Source: Camelus dromedarius (taxonomy: Eukaryota). From it: a stretch of 64,000 nucleotides of DNA. The notes below the pieces were generated by a model, which worked only from the letters and a program-made list of their open reading frames with translations, was not told the DNA's origin and made no database searches. The stretch covers positions 40,550,001 to 40,614,000 of the forward strand of contig NC_087447.1 in NCBI RefSeq assembly GCF_036321535.1. The letters run 5' to 3'. The position numbers and the translations under genes were made by a program. Below, piece by piece: positions 22,633 to 35,230 of the stretch. The stretch's first letter is position 1. Each line of letters begins with the position of its first letter.

Positions 22633-24341
22633 TTCCTTTTCTTAATGCATGGCCCTTCCTTCCCTTTTCTGTGCAGCTATGTCTTGGGCCCTGTGAAAAT
22701 TTGTTACATTTGATGGATATAAATCATATTTAAAATGAAGAAGAAAAAACCCTCAGTCACATGGCTTTTAGTATCCAGAGGTGTGTTATGTTTTACAAGA
22801 CAGGAATTCCAAGTTGGCTTCAGATAAAACACACCGTTTGTCCATTTTCAACACCCATTTCCTTTTAAAGATTTGTGTAAGAAGGAAGGAATGGAAGACA
22901 TGTTTAAACAATCACATTCTTGACCAACCCTGAAAATTGTCAGTTGTGCAAACTTTTCATTTTGAATTAATTTTGATCTAAAAAAAAATCATGGTCTGGG
23001 TTCATTTTTGCCCCATGCATAATTCAGAGCTACATCAATAAAATGTTGTCGATTCTTTGAGCTGGAAGAAATCTTAATGATGATCTGTAATAAATGCAAG
23101 TGACAGTGCCATGGGCTGTTACTAGGGATGTTAATTGCCCCATAAACCTGTCTAGTAAGGAAATTCAGACTCAGTAAATAGAAGTGGCTAGCTCAAGGTG
23201 TGGTGACAGGGTTAGTGACACTGTATGTGTCTGCTCAAGGCTCACACCCCATATGATACTTGGGGGTTACCTGCCCATCTATCGGCCAGTTGGCAGCTGC
23301 AGGGTGTGCCGGGAGATCAGCTTCTCTGGCTTCTGAGCAGTCCTCTGCGGCCTCCTGTTGTGGCCTGGATTCACCTAGTGCAGCCAGACTGATAGATCAC
23401 GAGTTGACTGTGTTTATCAGTCTACCAAATTTCTTCAGAAGGGTCTGGCAGAGACCAAAAGTCAAAGCACAGGAATATCCTGGAGGGGCTCACACATGGC
23501 AGAAGCTGGGTCAGTTCAGGCAACACAGCAGGGAGCCGGGGCGGGTGCGTGTGTGCCTCAGAACTGTGGATGGTCCCTTGAAACAGGCTCAGCTGGGAGG
23601 TAACTGAGGGTCTGCACAGCAGCTGCCGAGACTTGTCGCTCCGCGGCACCACGGCTACCTTGACAAAGCGTTGCTGATTGGAAATTAACATGCATGGAGC
23701 TGTGTGCAGAGTGTTTTCAAGAAGAAACAGAATCAACTTAGTGGCACCATTGAGGCTCTTACCGCCGAACGCCAGATGCAAGGATTTTTTGAAGAAACAG
23801 CGAGGCTTTCTTCTTTCCCGGAGCAGACAGTTTAGTGCTTAGGATGGTGAGAGGGAAGCTATTTTAGGAGACATTGCCACAGCCTGAGCAAGGAGGTGTC
23901 AGAACTGATGCAGACCCAGCCCTGGGACCAGTTTGGACAAGCCCTTTGATTCTTTCTGGATCGGATTGCCTGACCTGCTGGTGAAGGTGGACACCTATCG
24001 TCCCAAATCAAATATCTGCACTGCTGTGGCGCCCAGGGGACTTGTGTGTCACCAAGTTTTTTTCTGACTTGCTGTGTTGGGCTTCATCAGTGATTCCCAA
24101 CCACGTGGGCAGACATGAGACCTGACTTCCCTGGGCCGCCCATCTCCTGGGCAGGGCGTTCAGCCAGAGTCTCTTTTCTTGAGCTCAGATTTCTTCTATT
24201 AAAAAAAGTGTATATGTGGAAAGACAGTTTCTGTCTAAAGTGATATGAAGACAAATGTGCTGTTAATCAGTATGTATTATATAACATGTGTGTTTATTAT
24301 ATAACATGTGTGTGTTTAACAGGTCTGATATCCTCCATTAA

Positions 24342-24437
24342 ATTACATGTGTGTAGGTATATATATTCTGTCTAATATACATATATTTGACAGAATACAT
24401 ATTAGACAGAATGTATATTTACCTACACACACGTAAT
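24342..24437. repeat. Imperfect inverted repeat (37-39 bp arms)
   Basis: Left arm 24342-24378 'attacatgtgtgtaggtatatatattctgtctaatat' pairs with right arm 24399-24437 'atattagacagaatgtatatttacctacacacacgtaat'. Confidence 0.85.
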
Positions 24438-24442
24438 ATATA

Positions 24443-24878
24443 TGTGAGATGGAATAATGGCCCCCAAAGATGATCACATACTAACCCCTGGCATTTGTGA
24501 ATATGCAACCTTACGTGGCAGGTGTTTATTTTAAGGGTCTTGAGGTAGAGAGGTCTTGGATTACCTGGGTGGAGTCAATGTAATGACAAACTCATCACAA
24601 GAGGGATACAGGAGGAGTCAGAGTCAGAAAAAGGAGATGTGACAGAACCAGAGGTTGGAATGATGCACTTTGAAGATGGGGAAAGAGGCCATGGGTCAGG
24701 AATGTGGGTGGCCTCTAGAAGCTGGAAACGGATTCTCCTCTAAAGCCCCCAGGAGGGATACAGCCCTGCCACCACCTTGTGGTGACCTTCTGAGCTGCAT
24801 AACGGTAGGAAATAAGTTTTTCTTGTTTTAAGCACTAAGTTTGTGGCAATTTGTTACAGCAGCAACAGGAAACTAACA
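24443..24878 (+). mobile_element. MaLR solo LTR (MLT1D-like)
   Basis: 'gaataatggcccccaaagatg', 'ggcctctagaagctggaaa', terminus 'gtttgtggcaatttgttacagcagcaacaggaaactaaca'. Confidence 0.88.
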
Positions 24879-24999
24879 CTCCATAGACAGTGCACACATA
24901 TATTCTAAATTATAAAGTTCAAGGATTAGAAAGTTTATACAGATTTGTACATGTTATATAAAGTGAAAACAGCAATCCCTTACACTTAACAGGTACTGG

Positions 25000-25222
25000 T
25001 TCTGACTTCAGGTCGTAGTCTCTGGAGCCAGCTCTGCCACGTTCTAGTGTTGTGACTTGAGTAAATCACTGAACATCAGTTTCAACGCACCTCAGTTTCC
25101 CCATCTCTAAAATGGGGATATGATCCCACCTCATAAGGCTGAAGTGGGGGTTAAATGAGGTAATATAGATAAAGCACTTATGTAAGTCCCTGGCATGTAG
25201 TAAGCACCATATTAGATAATGC
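25000..25222 (+). mobile_element. MIR SINE
   Basis: 'cctcagtttccccatctctaaaatggggat...ttaaatgaggtaatatagataaagcactta'. Confidence 0.85.
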
Positions 25223-25224
25223 TA

Positions 25225-25330
25225 TGATCCTGATTTTTCAGATGAAGAAACTGAGGTTGACATTCCCCTGTCCCTGCAGCTCTGAAGTGGCACATCTGGG
25301 GTTAGAACTATCCTGTCCACCTGCAGTATG
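25225..25330 (-). mobile_element. MIR SINE fragment
   Basis: 'tttttcagatgaagaaactgagg'. Confidence 0.6.
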
Positions 25331-25369
25331 GTTTCCACACCATCCGTTCATCAGTAGAGGGGAAGTAAC

Positions 25370-25766
25370 TGTTATGGACTGAATGTGTTCCCTCACAATT
25401 CATACGTTGGTGCCCCAACCCTCACTGTAGCTGGATTTGGAGATAGGCCTCCAAGCTTAATTAAGTTTAAAATGAGGTCATAAGGGTGGGGCCTTAATCA
25501 GATAGGATTAGTGTCCTTGGAATTCCATCCTTCTGCCTGTCTCCCCTCTCCCTCGAGGGACACACACTGAGGAGAAGCCCATGTCAGAACACAGCAGAAA
25601 GACAGCTGTCATCAAGTCAGGAAGAGGGCTCTCACCTGGAACCATATTTGCTGGCACCTGGATCTTGGACTTCCAACTTCCAGAACAGGGACAAATACAT
25701 CTCTGTTGTTTAAGCCACTCAGTCTGTGGTGTTTGTTAGAGCAGCCTGAGCAAAATGACTAATACA
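25370..25766 (+). mobile_element. MaLR solo LTR (MLT1B-like)
   Basis: Start 'tgttatggactgaatgtg', 'aaatgaggtcataagggtggggcc', end 'gcagcctgagc...gactaataca'. Confidence 0.88.
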
Positions 25767-25774
25767 TTCTTCTT

Positions 25775-27310
25775 CCCCACATCCCAGTTCCTATTCCATA
25801 ACCATACAGTCCTGTTAACTATTTGGTGTATACCTTTCCAAACAAATAGACAGTCACACAAACACACACAAAAGCAATATATAATACTTAAAAAAATAAA
25901 ATGCTATCATACAATATATACGGTTTTATAATTTGGTTATTCATTTAATGTCATAACATCTTTTTTGGTTAAATTTTTTTAATTATAGAAGAATACATAG
26001 ACACGTTCTTTTTTAAAAAGTTAGTGCCTTATAGGTAAAGCTAATGTCTTCTTTGGCCACCACTTTTCATCCTGGTCTTTGCCCCTGTGCCTTGAGATAA
26101 TTACTGTTTGAGTTTAGTATGTCTCCTTCCAGATCTTAAATACAAGTTTACATGTACCTGTGGTAAATGTGTGTGGTGTTGTTTGTTGTTTGTGACCATG
26201 TGCTTACACAACCTGGGTCCTACTGCAAGGATTGTTCTGAACCTTGGCATTGTATTGCTGAGACCTACCTACATTTATGACCGTAGATTTGGTTTTTGCC
26301 TCTTAACTGCTGAATTGCATTCTGTCACATGAATGTATTGCATTATATTTATCCATTCCATTATTGATGGACCTTTAGATCATTTTTGATTTCTTGCTAT
26401 TCTAATGTTTCAGCTAGTTTTCTTATCCAGTCTTCTTGCACGCATGTGAAGGTGGTTCCCTGGGGGCAGAGACCTAGGAAGAAGAAATGCTGGATTATGG
26501 GATAGATACATGTTCGCAGTTTTAATAGACTGTCAAAGAACCTTCCAAAGTGTCCTTATTACATGTCTCACGAAGGTGTCTGAGAGTACTCTTTTCTCTA
26601 TAGTATCATCAACACTTGACTTTGTCAGTGTTTTGATTTTTGCAGATCTGGTGAGTGAAAAAGAGAATCTTCTTATTTTAGTTTTCATTTGGAAAAGGTA
26701 ATCAATTAGATGGTTGAACAACTTTTCAAACAGGCTACTTGAACTTCCTCTTTTATGAATTGCCTGTTCATATTCTTTCCCCAGTTTTTATGGCATTTTT
26801 TTTAATCTTTTTCTTATGATTTCTTAGGAGTCATGGTGAATATCTTTCTGTCTAAATACATGCAGGTCTACTTAATTTTTTTAATGGTTGTAGAGTATTC
26901 AACCGTACACATCAGAGGTCAGAAAACACTGAGGCCAAATCTGGCCTTCCATATGTTTTTGTAAATAAAGTGATTTTTTAAAAAGACATAACCATGTCTT
27001 TTCTTTTACATATTATCTATGGCTAATTTAGTGCTATAGTTGCAGAGCTGAGTAGTTGTGACATAGATGTACAAAGGCTAAAAATATTTACTATATGGCT
27101 CTTTATAGAAAAAGTTTGCCCTTATACAGTACAGATAAATCATAATTTGTTTAATCATTCCTTTTTTTGATACACATATAGGTTGTTTCCCATTTTCCCA
27201 CTTTTATAAGCAATCTGTAATTAATATCATCACCCACACACACATCTTTCCCTGCAGATGTGAGCATTATCTCATCTTCAGCTGGATTCCTGGAAGTGGA
27301 ATTTCTGGCT
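25775..27310 (-). mobile_element. Ancient L1 (L1ME-type) fragments, interrupted by MER58
   Basis: 'tatttatccattccattattgatggacctttag', 'tcttttatgaattgcctgttcatattctttccc', 'ggattcctggaagtggaatttctgg'. Confidence 0.7.
26913..27128. mobile_element. MER58A-like hAT-Charlie MITE
   Basis: 'ggccaaatctggcc...tttttgtaaataaagt...gcagagctgagtagttgtgaca...aaaatatttactat..ggctctttatagaaaaagtttgcc'; 8-bp TSD gtacaSat at 26905-26912 and 27129-27136. Confidence 0.85.
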
Positions 27311-27404
27311 TATTGGAAGGCTGTGTTTAGTGGAGCTTGCTTATTTGAACTAGTGCTATGTCTGAACTGGGGGATGTTTTACAGGACTGTTGTTATTTCT
27401 TAGG

Positions 27405-27660
27405 AATAATAATGGCTTCCCATTATTTAGAATCTGCTAGGTACTAGGAATCGTATTAGATGCCTTATCTAATTAGGTACATTATCTCATTTAATCCTCC
27501 AAGTAACCCCGAAATTGGTACTAATAACTATCTTTTACGTAGGAGAAAACTGAGGTTCCATGAAGTTAAGGAGCTTGCCCAAGGCCACAGAACTGGTGCA
27601 TGGTAGAGTCAGGATTTGAACCCTTTTCTTTGACTTCAAAGCCCCCATATTTTCTACTCC
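27405..27660 (-). mobile_element. MIR SINE (near full length)
   Basis: 'attatctcatttaatcctc', 'gaaaactgagg', 'gcttgcccaaggccacag', 'caggatttgaaccc'. Confidence 0.88.
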
Positions 27661-27904
27661 ACTGTGATGTCTGTCAGTGAAAAAAACTAGGTGATGTGCA
27701 CTATGGCATAATACCGTATTACAAGTAGCAATTTTGCATATTTGTTCTTTTTTAACTGAACAGGTAACAACAATTGTAATTAATGCAATAAGTTTCTGTA
27801 GACAGATGGGTTAAATTAATTTTATAGACTCTTAAAACTGTTGGCTTTCTTAAGCAAGCTAAACATTTCCTTTGCGATCTTATTTATGTTTCTATAAATA
27901 AAGG

Positions 27905-28085
27905 CACAGCTATGATGTAGTGGAACAAATACTGGATTTTGAAATCCAAATTTGGTTTCTGTCTCCTTCCAAGGCTGCTGTGTGACTGTGGGCAAATTTC
28001 CTACCCTCTCTGTGCCTCAGTTAGTTCACAGAGTTGTAAGACCTCAGTGAAGTGTTTGATATAGTGTCTGGCATGTAATAAGGGT
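27905..28085 (+). mobile_element. MIR SINE
   Basis: 'ctgtgtgactgtgggcaaattt...ctctctgtgcctcagtt'. Confidence 0.75.
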
Positions 28086-28389
28086 ACAATCTGTGATGGT
28101 CTTCATCCCCTGAGGATATTTCCAGGAGGAGAGTTCAACCTGATAAACCCTGGGTACACTTCAGTGAACTTGTTTCAAAGCTCAAGTTTTGCCCTGCTCT
28201 GAAGCCCTCATGCCATTCCCTTGGCATAAGAGTAACTGAGAGTTGCTGGACACTGTCCATGGCCAAAAATGTACCTAATTCAGCAGTATAGAAAGGAGAA
28301 GCCAGGTTGTGACCTTCCCTGGCATTCAAATATCGCTCTGCCTGGTCCTTGCTCTTCTACACACTGAAAAACTTCATAGAAACAGCTCA

Positions 28390-28600
28390 CATTTATTCAG
28401 CCCTTGCTCTGTACCAGTGACGGTGCCAACGATCTCATTTAATTCTCACCACAGTGCTTGCAGAACAGCACTCCTTCTATTCCAGTGAGGAGTAGGCTCG
28501 ATGAGGAGACAGAGCTGTAGACAGATGACCAAGAGGCAGGTGCTGAGCCGATGGAAAAGCTAGAATTTGAGTTGACATCTCTGACACAGGCCTGAGCACT
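28390..28600 (-). mobile_element. MIR SINE
   Basis: 'atctcatttaattctcaccac', 'gctagaatttgagt'. Confidence 0.55.
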
Positions 28601-29429
28601 TAGCTGCCCTGCTATACTTTCCCCCAGTTGAGACGCCTTCAATGGGAGAGTCCCTGGCTGGGAATATGTATGTGCTCATTTCAGCTGCAGGCTTCAGGCT
28701 GGGGGGATTTGCCCTCTGGGGCATGCAGTGCATCAGACTCATACGTGCTAAATGGTCATCTCTTAATATCTGGAGGGTAGGATTGCCTTTCTTGACTGTC
28801 TGGCGCCACGAATCAACATGTCTACCTTGGGTGTATTGATTTTTCTTGCCGTCTCAGGAAAGCCTCCCCAAGCCTTTGGAAGCGAGCCGACCATCTTGCT
28901 TTTTTATCACTGCCTTTCTCCAGTCAATGAAGGAGTTTCTTTCATCCCAAAATGCTGCCTAACATCCATGTCTGAACCAGAGCAATTTGTCTGTGCCACT
29001 TTGTTGGGATCGCTGTCACTTTTTTTCTTCGTTTTTTGGTTTTAGCTGCCTCCCAAACCATCTTGTTCGCAATATAAGCTCCAAATGGCCTGGAACTCGT
29101 CTTTTATGGCCTCTGCCAGATTAAACATTTAGAATATAATATACCCAGCTTCAAAAACAATTGCGCAGCCTTCCAGTCAAGCAGCATATTGATTTTAATT
29201 TAGGCAATTGTACATGTTTCCAGGTCTTAGGAGGGACTCTGGGGCTCCAGACTGCCAGCAGCTCATGGCCTCCTTCCCTCCCCACCTCTGTTCTCCACTT
29301 GGGGCTGGAAGAGCCTAGAAATTTTAGGGTGGGAAGCATAGGTCTTTTTCAGGGTACCACGTTTTCCCTTTTGGAACTGAGAACATCTCAGCCTTAGATC
29401 TACACTACTCTGAAGTAGAAGGGCAGCCA

Positions 29430-29560
29430 GGTGACTAGGAATAGTGTGGGCAGAGCTGGGTTCACATCCCTGCCTTACCTGGAATGGCACGTGACCTTGG
29501 GCAAGTCATGTCTCCCTCTGGACCTCAGGCTTCTCACCAGTAAATGGGGGCAATGAAGAC
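29430..29560 (+). mobile_element. MIR SINE
   Basis: 'gtgaccttgggcaagtca..tctccctctggacctcag'. Confidence 0.75.
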
Positions 29561-30094
29561 ATTTCACTCACACAGCAGATGTTAAGATGATTTATCAGGT
29601 CCTAGAAGATCCTCAAAAATTTAATGAAACAGGTGGACTAGTCTGTAAAGATACATACTGCTTTTTTTGTTGAGTGACTAACCAGGGTGGAATATTTTAA
29701 TGCCCAAGAAGGGTTTCTTCTCACCCCAAGGAGGTATTGATTCAACAACCACTGCATGGAGACAGCGGGCTAGATGCAGATTGCATTTTGACATCAGTGG
29801 CAGCATCCTACAGACGAGGCTGATGGTGCCCAGCTTCATCAATCAGCCAATTCCAGGGACTCAGTCATTAACACGAGACCCTGGTGCAGTTTCCACTTGT
29901 TCATTCAGCAGACATTTGTAGACTTCTCACCATGCAAGGTGCTGCTCCGTAATTGTGAATAAGTCTCAGTGTTTGCCTTCAAGGGATTCACTATTTAGGG
30001 TGGAAGATGGACACATAATGGTCATTTCAATGCAGTGCTCTTGGTGGCTGTTCCCAAAGACACATCTGCCAAGGCTGGGGAAGGCTGTTCTAGG

Positions 30095-30435
30095 TCTCCT
30101 TGTTTTCCACTGTCTCAAGGCACTCATAGCTGCAGAGCTGCTAGGAAACCAAACTCAAACACAGTGGCTTAAACACATATTTGACTTGTAAAAGAAGCCT
30201 GGAGGTCAGCGGCTGGGGCAGAGGAGCTCCAGCTGCCATGTCAGCATACCAACAGGAAGAAGAGAGAGGGTAAAGGGACAAAAGATGTTTACTCTCAGCT
30301 GAGTCAGAAACCATGGCCCCTTGCCATTGAGACCCCTCCAGTCCGCTAGCTGGGCGTTTTGCTGCCCCCTACAGAATAGGAAGGGAGAGTAGTTATTGTA
30401 TAGACAGTTAGCTGTCATTGTAACATCCACTGGCT
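30095..30435 (-). mobile_element. Old MaLR LTR fragment (MLT1-type)
   Basis: 'aaactcaaacacagtggcttaaacacat', 'ggagctccagctgccatgtcagcat', 'aaggaagggag..agttattg'. Confidence 0.45.
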
Positions 30436-31289
30436 AGAATGTTACCTTTTCCCACCACCTTGAGATTTCTTCCATCTGTTTAAAAATAAAGATGGCGGAG
30501 GAGTATGTCAGGCTGAACCGATGACCAAGTTTTGTGGTACAAGGTGAGATACCATGGTTTTCAGTGGCAGGATTACTGTTGGTTTGTATTCCTGGTGTGA
30601 TGAGTGGGGACCAACAGTGTGAAGGACAAAGATGAGGTGGAGTGGCTGAACTGATTGGAGGCTCAGAAGGAAGTGGCTTCCTGGGGTGGGCTTTGGGAAT
30701 GGAGCACATGGACAGCTCTGTCTCCTGCAATCAGACAAGCCACTTTTCCTGCCTTCCACTGAAATGGAGAAAGCTAGAGAGAACACTAGGAGGCAGTTTG
30801 TATTCGGGAGCTATTTCTTTGGTTAAGGTGCCCTGGCCTGAATCTACAGCCGCAGTCAAAAGAGTTTTGCTACTTCAGCAAACTGCCTGAGAGGCCCCAA
30901 ACCTCTGGAATGAGTTTCATCTCTCAGAAATGAGCCTGGAAGTTATGCTGTCAGCCTCTTGCATTCTTAAATTGACCTGTCACGACAGAATGAAGCAATT
31001 GTGTCTTTCAGATCCGAATAACTTCCTGCTTAAAAACAGCTTCTAACCCTGGTTGCAGAGAAGTTAAATTAGAATAATGAATAGAGTTTGATAAGCGAAA
31101 ATCTAACTTTGCTTGCTTGTAGAGAAATAGAATGTCAGCCCAAAATAATGCTTCAGTACCTTGGAGAGGTCGATAAATGATAGATACTGACAACACATTT
31201 TGTGGAGAGGTACGCAGACTATGGGACTTACTGTAGCATGTATTCTCACCCTCCTCCTCCTTTCTGCTCACACAAAGCTGTTGACCACA

Positions 31290-31735
31290 CTGCCATCGTG
31301 GAAGTGTCCATACGTCCAACCGTCTGTCCTCCATCCCTGCTGGGTGCCCACAGACACCCCAAATTCAACATGTCCAAGACTGACTATCATTTCCACCCCC
31401 AAACTCTGTTTTCCATTCAAATTAGAACTCTAATAACATTCTTGGCTCCACCCTACATATCTAATTCTGATCAATTACCAAGTCCCACTATTTCGAATGC
31501 GAGAATTTTTTCTCAAGTTCATTTTCTCTTTTGCACCCTTAGTACAATAGCCCTGGTCCAGACTTTTCTTTCTCCTGTCCTATTACCAATCTTCCAATGG
31601 CTACTCCTACCCTCAAATTTCCCGTCCCCTAATTCTGTGTTTATGTGTGTATAATAGTCCCATTCTCTGTGTAAAATTCTTCAGTGGCTGCCCTTGCCCT
31701 ACATGATAACATCCAATCTCTTTAAGCATGACTTA
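31290..31735 (+). mobile_element. L2 fragment
   Basis: 'cacagacaccccaaattcaacatgtccaagactga', 'aaaattcttcagtggctgccc'. Confidence 0.7.
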
Positions 31736-31754
31736 TTCCAATTATCTATCACAA

Positions 31755-32030
31755 AGGTAGTGGAATATGGCAGTTAAAAGTGTATTCTCCAGAGCCAGCC
31801 TGCCTTGGTACAAATCCTAACTTTACCACTTGCTTTGTGATTTGGGGCAGTTACTTATACTGCCTGTGACTTGGTTTTCTCATCTGTAAAATGGGTATGA
31901 TCATCTTATTCCACTAGGTTGCTATGAGAATTAAGTGAGTAAATAGATAACTAAAATAAATGTACACACACATACACACACACACTAGTGCCAGTCACAT
32001 TGTAAGCACTGTATAAGCACCCACTATTGT
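31755..32030 (+). mobile_element. MIR SINE
   Basis: 'ggttttctcatctgtaaaatggg', 'gttgctatgagaattaagtgagtaaata'. Confidence 0.85.
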
Positions 32031-32984
32031 GACTCCTTTCCCATACACTCTGCCCCACAACACCTTGTGGTTTCTTCTTCTTAATATAGCTTCCTCTCTC
32101 AGTCATTTTTGTTCTCTTGTCTTTGTTCAATTAGCCTTTGTTCACATTGACCCCTCTGCCTCGGAAGTCCTCCCTACCTGCACCCAGCAAACTCCCAGCC
32201 ATCCTCTGTGACTGAGTTCAGGAATCATGTCCTAACCTCGCGTGATACCTTGGGCTCATCTTTGGCTTCATATTTTTACCTTTGTCCACAGTAATTTCTT
32301 TACCAGCCTATTTCTCCCACCAGTTCATGGAGATGAGGGGTTGCATCTTATTCAGTTTTTTAAAATTTCCTGCCCCTAGCTCAGTGATTGGGTTTTGGAG
32401 GAAATGCTGTAAAAGTTTGTGGACTGGAAGATGTTAGACTACTAATAAAAATCCCATTGTCAGAGATATCTTTCTAAACATAGACTCGATGGCAACTTTT
32501 CTCTACTCAAAGATGTTTATTCTGAAACAATGAGGAATATATGCAGAATAAACCACAAGACTTGCAGCCAACTTCTTCCTTTCAAAACCGGGGAGAGCCT
32601 GGCTGAAGAGCTGTTTAACTCAGGTGACCTAAGGCAGGGCACCCAGAGGGAGAACAGAAATCATGAGGATGGAGAAACAAAGTCCCAGCTGGGTGACCAT
32701 CTTGCTTTGTTAGCCATGTCTCAAAGGAACAACTGTGACAAGCCAAGTCTGCCTAGTCAATCCCATCTGCTCACTGGGAACCTCTTGGTGGAGCATCAGA
32801 ACCTATTATGTTTCATGTGTTTCCTGTTCTGAGGAAATCAGGTGATGGTGCTTAGGTGGCCAGAAGAGATGTGGGCTTCTTCTTCCTGTCAAGTGACGAC
32901 AATGACCTCAGGTGACAGAGCTGTCAATCATGACCCCAGGAGGCCATTAAAAACCTAAGAGACCAAGCCCCACTGTTGGGCAGT

Positions 32985-33332
32985 GACTCCCAGCCCTTAC
33001 ATTAGAAGCACGGGGCAGCATCCACACCTCGCCACGTTCATGCAATACCCCTAATAATTGAATCAGAGTGTCTGGTGATGGGACCCAGGTGTCAGTAATG
33101 CTTAAAACTGTCCATGTTGGTAGGGGTGGGGAGGGCATAGCTCAGTGGTAGAGTGCATGCTCAGTGTGCACAAGGTCCTGGGTTCAATCCCCAGTATCTC
33201 CATCCAAAATAATAAATAAATAAGTAAATAAATATATAAATAAATAAATAACCTAATTACCCCCCTGCAAAGAAATACTGAAATAAAATTGCCCAGGTAA
33301 TTCCAATGCGCAGCAAGGTGGAGAAGCACTGC
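32985..33332. mobile_element. MER5-like hAT MITE, split by a SINE
   Basis: 'aattgaatcagagtgtctggtgatgggacccagg' before and 'cccaggtaattccaatgcgcagcaaggtggagaagcactg' after the SINE. Confidence 0.6.
33128..33283 (+). mobile_element. tRNA-derived SINE (camelid Vic-1-like)
   Basis: 'ggggagggcatagctcagtggtagagtgcatgc...ggtcctgggttcaatccccagt' (Pol III A/B boxes), (TAAA)n, 'cctaattacc' and an A-rich tail; degenerate TSD at 33103-33117 and 33284-33298. Confidence 0.92.
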
Positions 33333-33499
33333 TGTGGGAGCGGTACAGGGCTGGGCAGAAGAGAGAAACTCATCAACCTGTCTTTTTTCTGGGCCAGATC
33401 CACTTCCTTCATAAAAAACAATTACTTACTAAGCTACCTTCCTCACCCCTCCCCTTATCACTGTATCACACAGTAGTGAATAAAATACACACAGTTCTA

Positions 33500-34240
33500 T
33501 GTATCCTGGAGCCTATGGTCAAGCAGGAGAGCTAACCACGAATATTATAAATTATGGAAATTCTATGGAGAAAAAACCAGGGGGCCATGTGGAAAATAAC
33601 TTATTTTATATTGATTTATGGGGAGGTGAAATTAAAGCTGAGACCCACAGAGCAGGAAGGAGCCATTTGGAATGGTGGGAAGAGCATCCCCAGGCTGAGG
33701 GGACCTCGTGTGTTAAGGCTCCATGGCAGGAGGATGCTCGGTGTGCCTACTCCAATCCAATATCTACCACAAACATCCTCTGATTACCTACTCTGTGGCA
33801 GGCAGAATACAGAGATGGCAGGCATGGTCCCTACATTTGAGAAGCTCATAATTCAGAGGGGAGATAGTGTGTAGAGAAATAGATGGCAAGAAGCAAAGTT
33901 TAGCAGGACTCCTGGGGGAGGAAATTTAATTCTACCCAATGTATGAATTGGTGTGTGTGTATGGGAGTGATCAGAGGCCTCAGTGGAGAGAATTAAGGCT
34001 TTGAATGATGATATAAACTACCTCTTTTTGTCATATGCTCTCTTTGAGATCTGTAGAAAGCATTTTCCAGATAGACAGGGGACAAAGTGCCACAGGCACC
34101 AGGGAGCACATGTGTAGAGGTATGGAGGCATCAGAGTGTTTGGCATGCTTGGGGAATGAAGAATTTGGCACATCTGGGGCTTTGGATGGGACCATGTGCT
34201 GTGATGAGGGTGTGGCTGGAGACAGGGAGAACTGACAAAT
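33500..34240 (-). mobile_element. L2 fragments
   Basis: 'tgattacctactctgtggcaggca', 'agcattttccagatagacagggg..cacatgtgtagaggtatggaggca'. Confidence 0.6.
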
Positions 34241-34819
34241 GAATAACACTAGGGGCTCTCTCTGGTTTGCCTGGCATTAGGGGTAGCTAGAATGGATGAT
34301 TCTCTGATCCCAGAAGAGGCTGCAAGTTCCACAGGACCTGAATAAGCTTTACTCTCTCCTCGGTCAGAGTTAGCTGTGCCTGACTGAATTCAATTTCCCA
34401 TGGAATGGGGGCTCCCAGGGTCTCCACATGCTCAGAGCTGGCATCTCCCAGCAGTCCTCGTACACCTGGCACTTCAGCCTGTATCTCTTGGTGTCTGAGT
34501 CCCAAAGGCTTATCCTTTATTCCCCTTCCTGGAGCAAAGCCACTTTCAGATTTGCTCCTTACAAATGAAACACAGCAAGGGGTAGAGCCCGCTGATGACC
34601 TACTGTATGCACAGCTGAGCTGCAGACTAAACATCCCTCTCTGCAGGATGCCGAGAGGACAGGGGGCTGGGCACACCTGCTGGTCCTTCTGCCCGCAAGT
34701 TCCAGGTGCACCAAGTGAAGCTTGCTGCTGTTTCTTTCAAGTTATTTTCACCATAAATGATGCTGGGGGCAGGGAGGAGGTGAAGATGAATGAAGCTGCA
34801 TGGTTTGGTGGGGCTAAGT

Positions 34820-35230
34820 CTGGAAGGGTTTTGTGGGCTATGAAGCTTGAATTTCATCCTTAGGAGTGAGGTACCAGGGAAGGATTTCCAGCCTGGGAGG
34901 GCCTTGATCAGACCTGTGTTTTTGAAAGATTTCTCTGTTGGCTAACATCGAGGCTGGGCTGTAAAGGAGTGATACTAGATGATGAGGTTCACAGGAATGC
35001 TAGTTCCCCGAGAGCCAGCCGTTTTGTTTCTTCTGCTCACTACTTTTCTCCACGGTCTAGAATAGTGTCTAGCATGTAGTTAGTACCCAATAGATACTTG
35101 ATGAATAAATGAGACCAATTAGGAAGCTGTTGCCCTGGTCCAGGTAAGAGATGATGCTTAAACTTGGTCAGTGGCTTGGGGATGAGGAGGAGTTAGAAAC
35201 ATTGAGACAGTTTGGAGGGAGGGTTTACGA
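34820..35230 (-). mobile_element. L2 fragment (contains a + strand L2 terminus at ~35020-35110)
   Basis: 'tgatcagacctgtgtttttgaaagat', 'ttaggaagctgttgccctggtccaggtaagagatgatg'; inner 'tctagaatagtgtctagcatgtagt...gaataaatga'. Confidence 0.65.

Noticed and set aside
33128..33200. tRNA-like sequence
   Set aside because: It is the head of a SINE (A-rich tail, TSD, related copies in the window), not a tRNA gene
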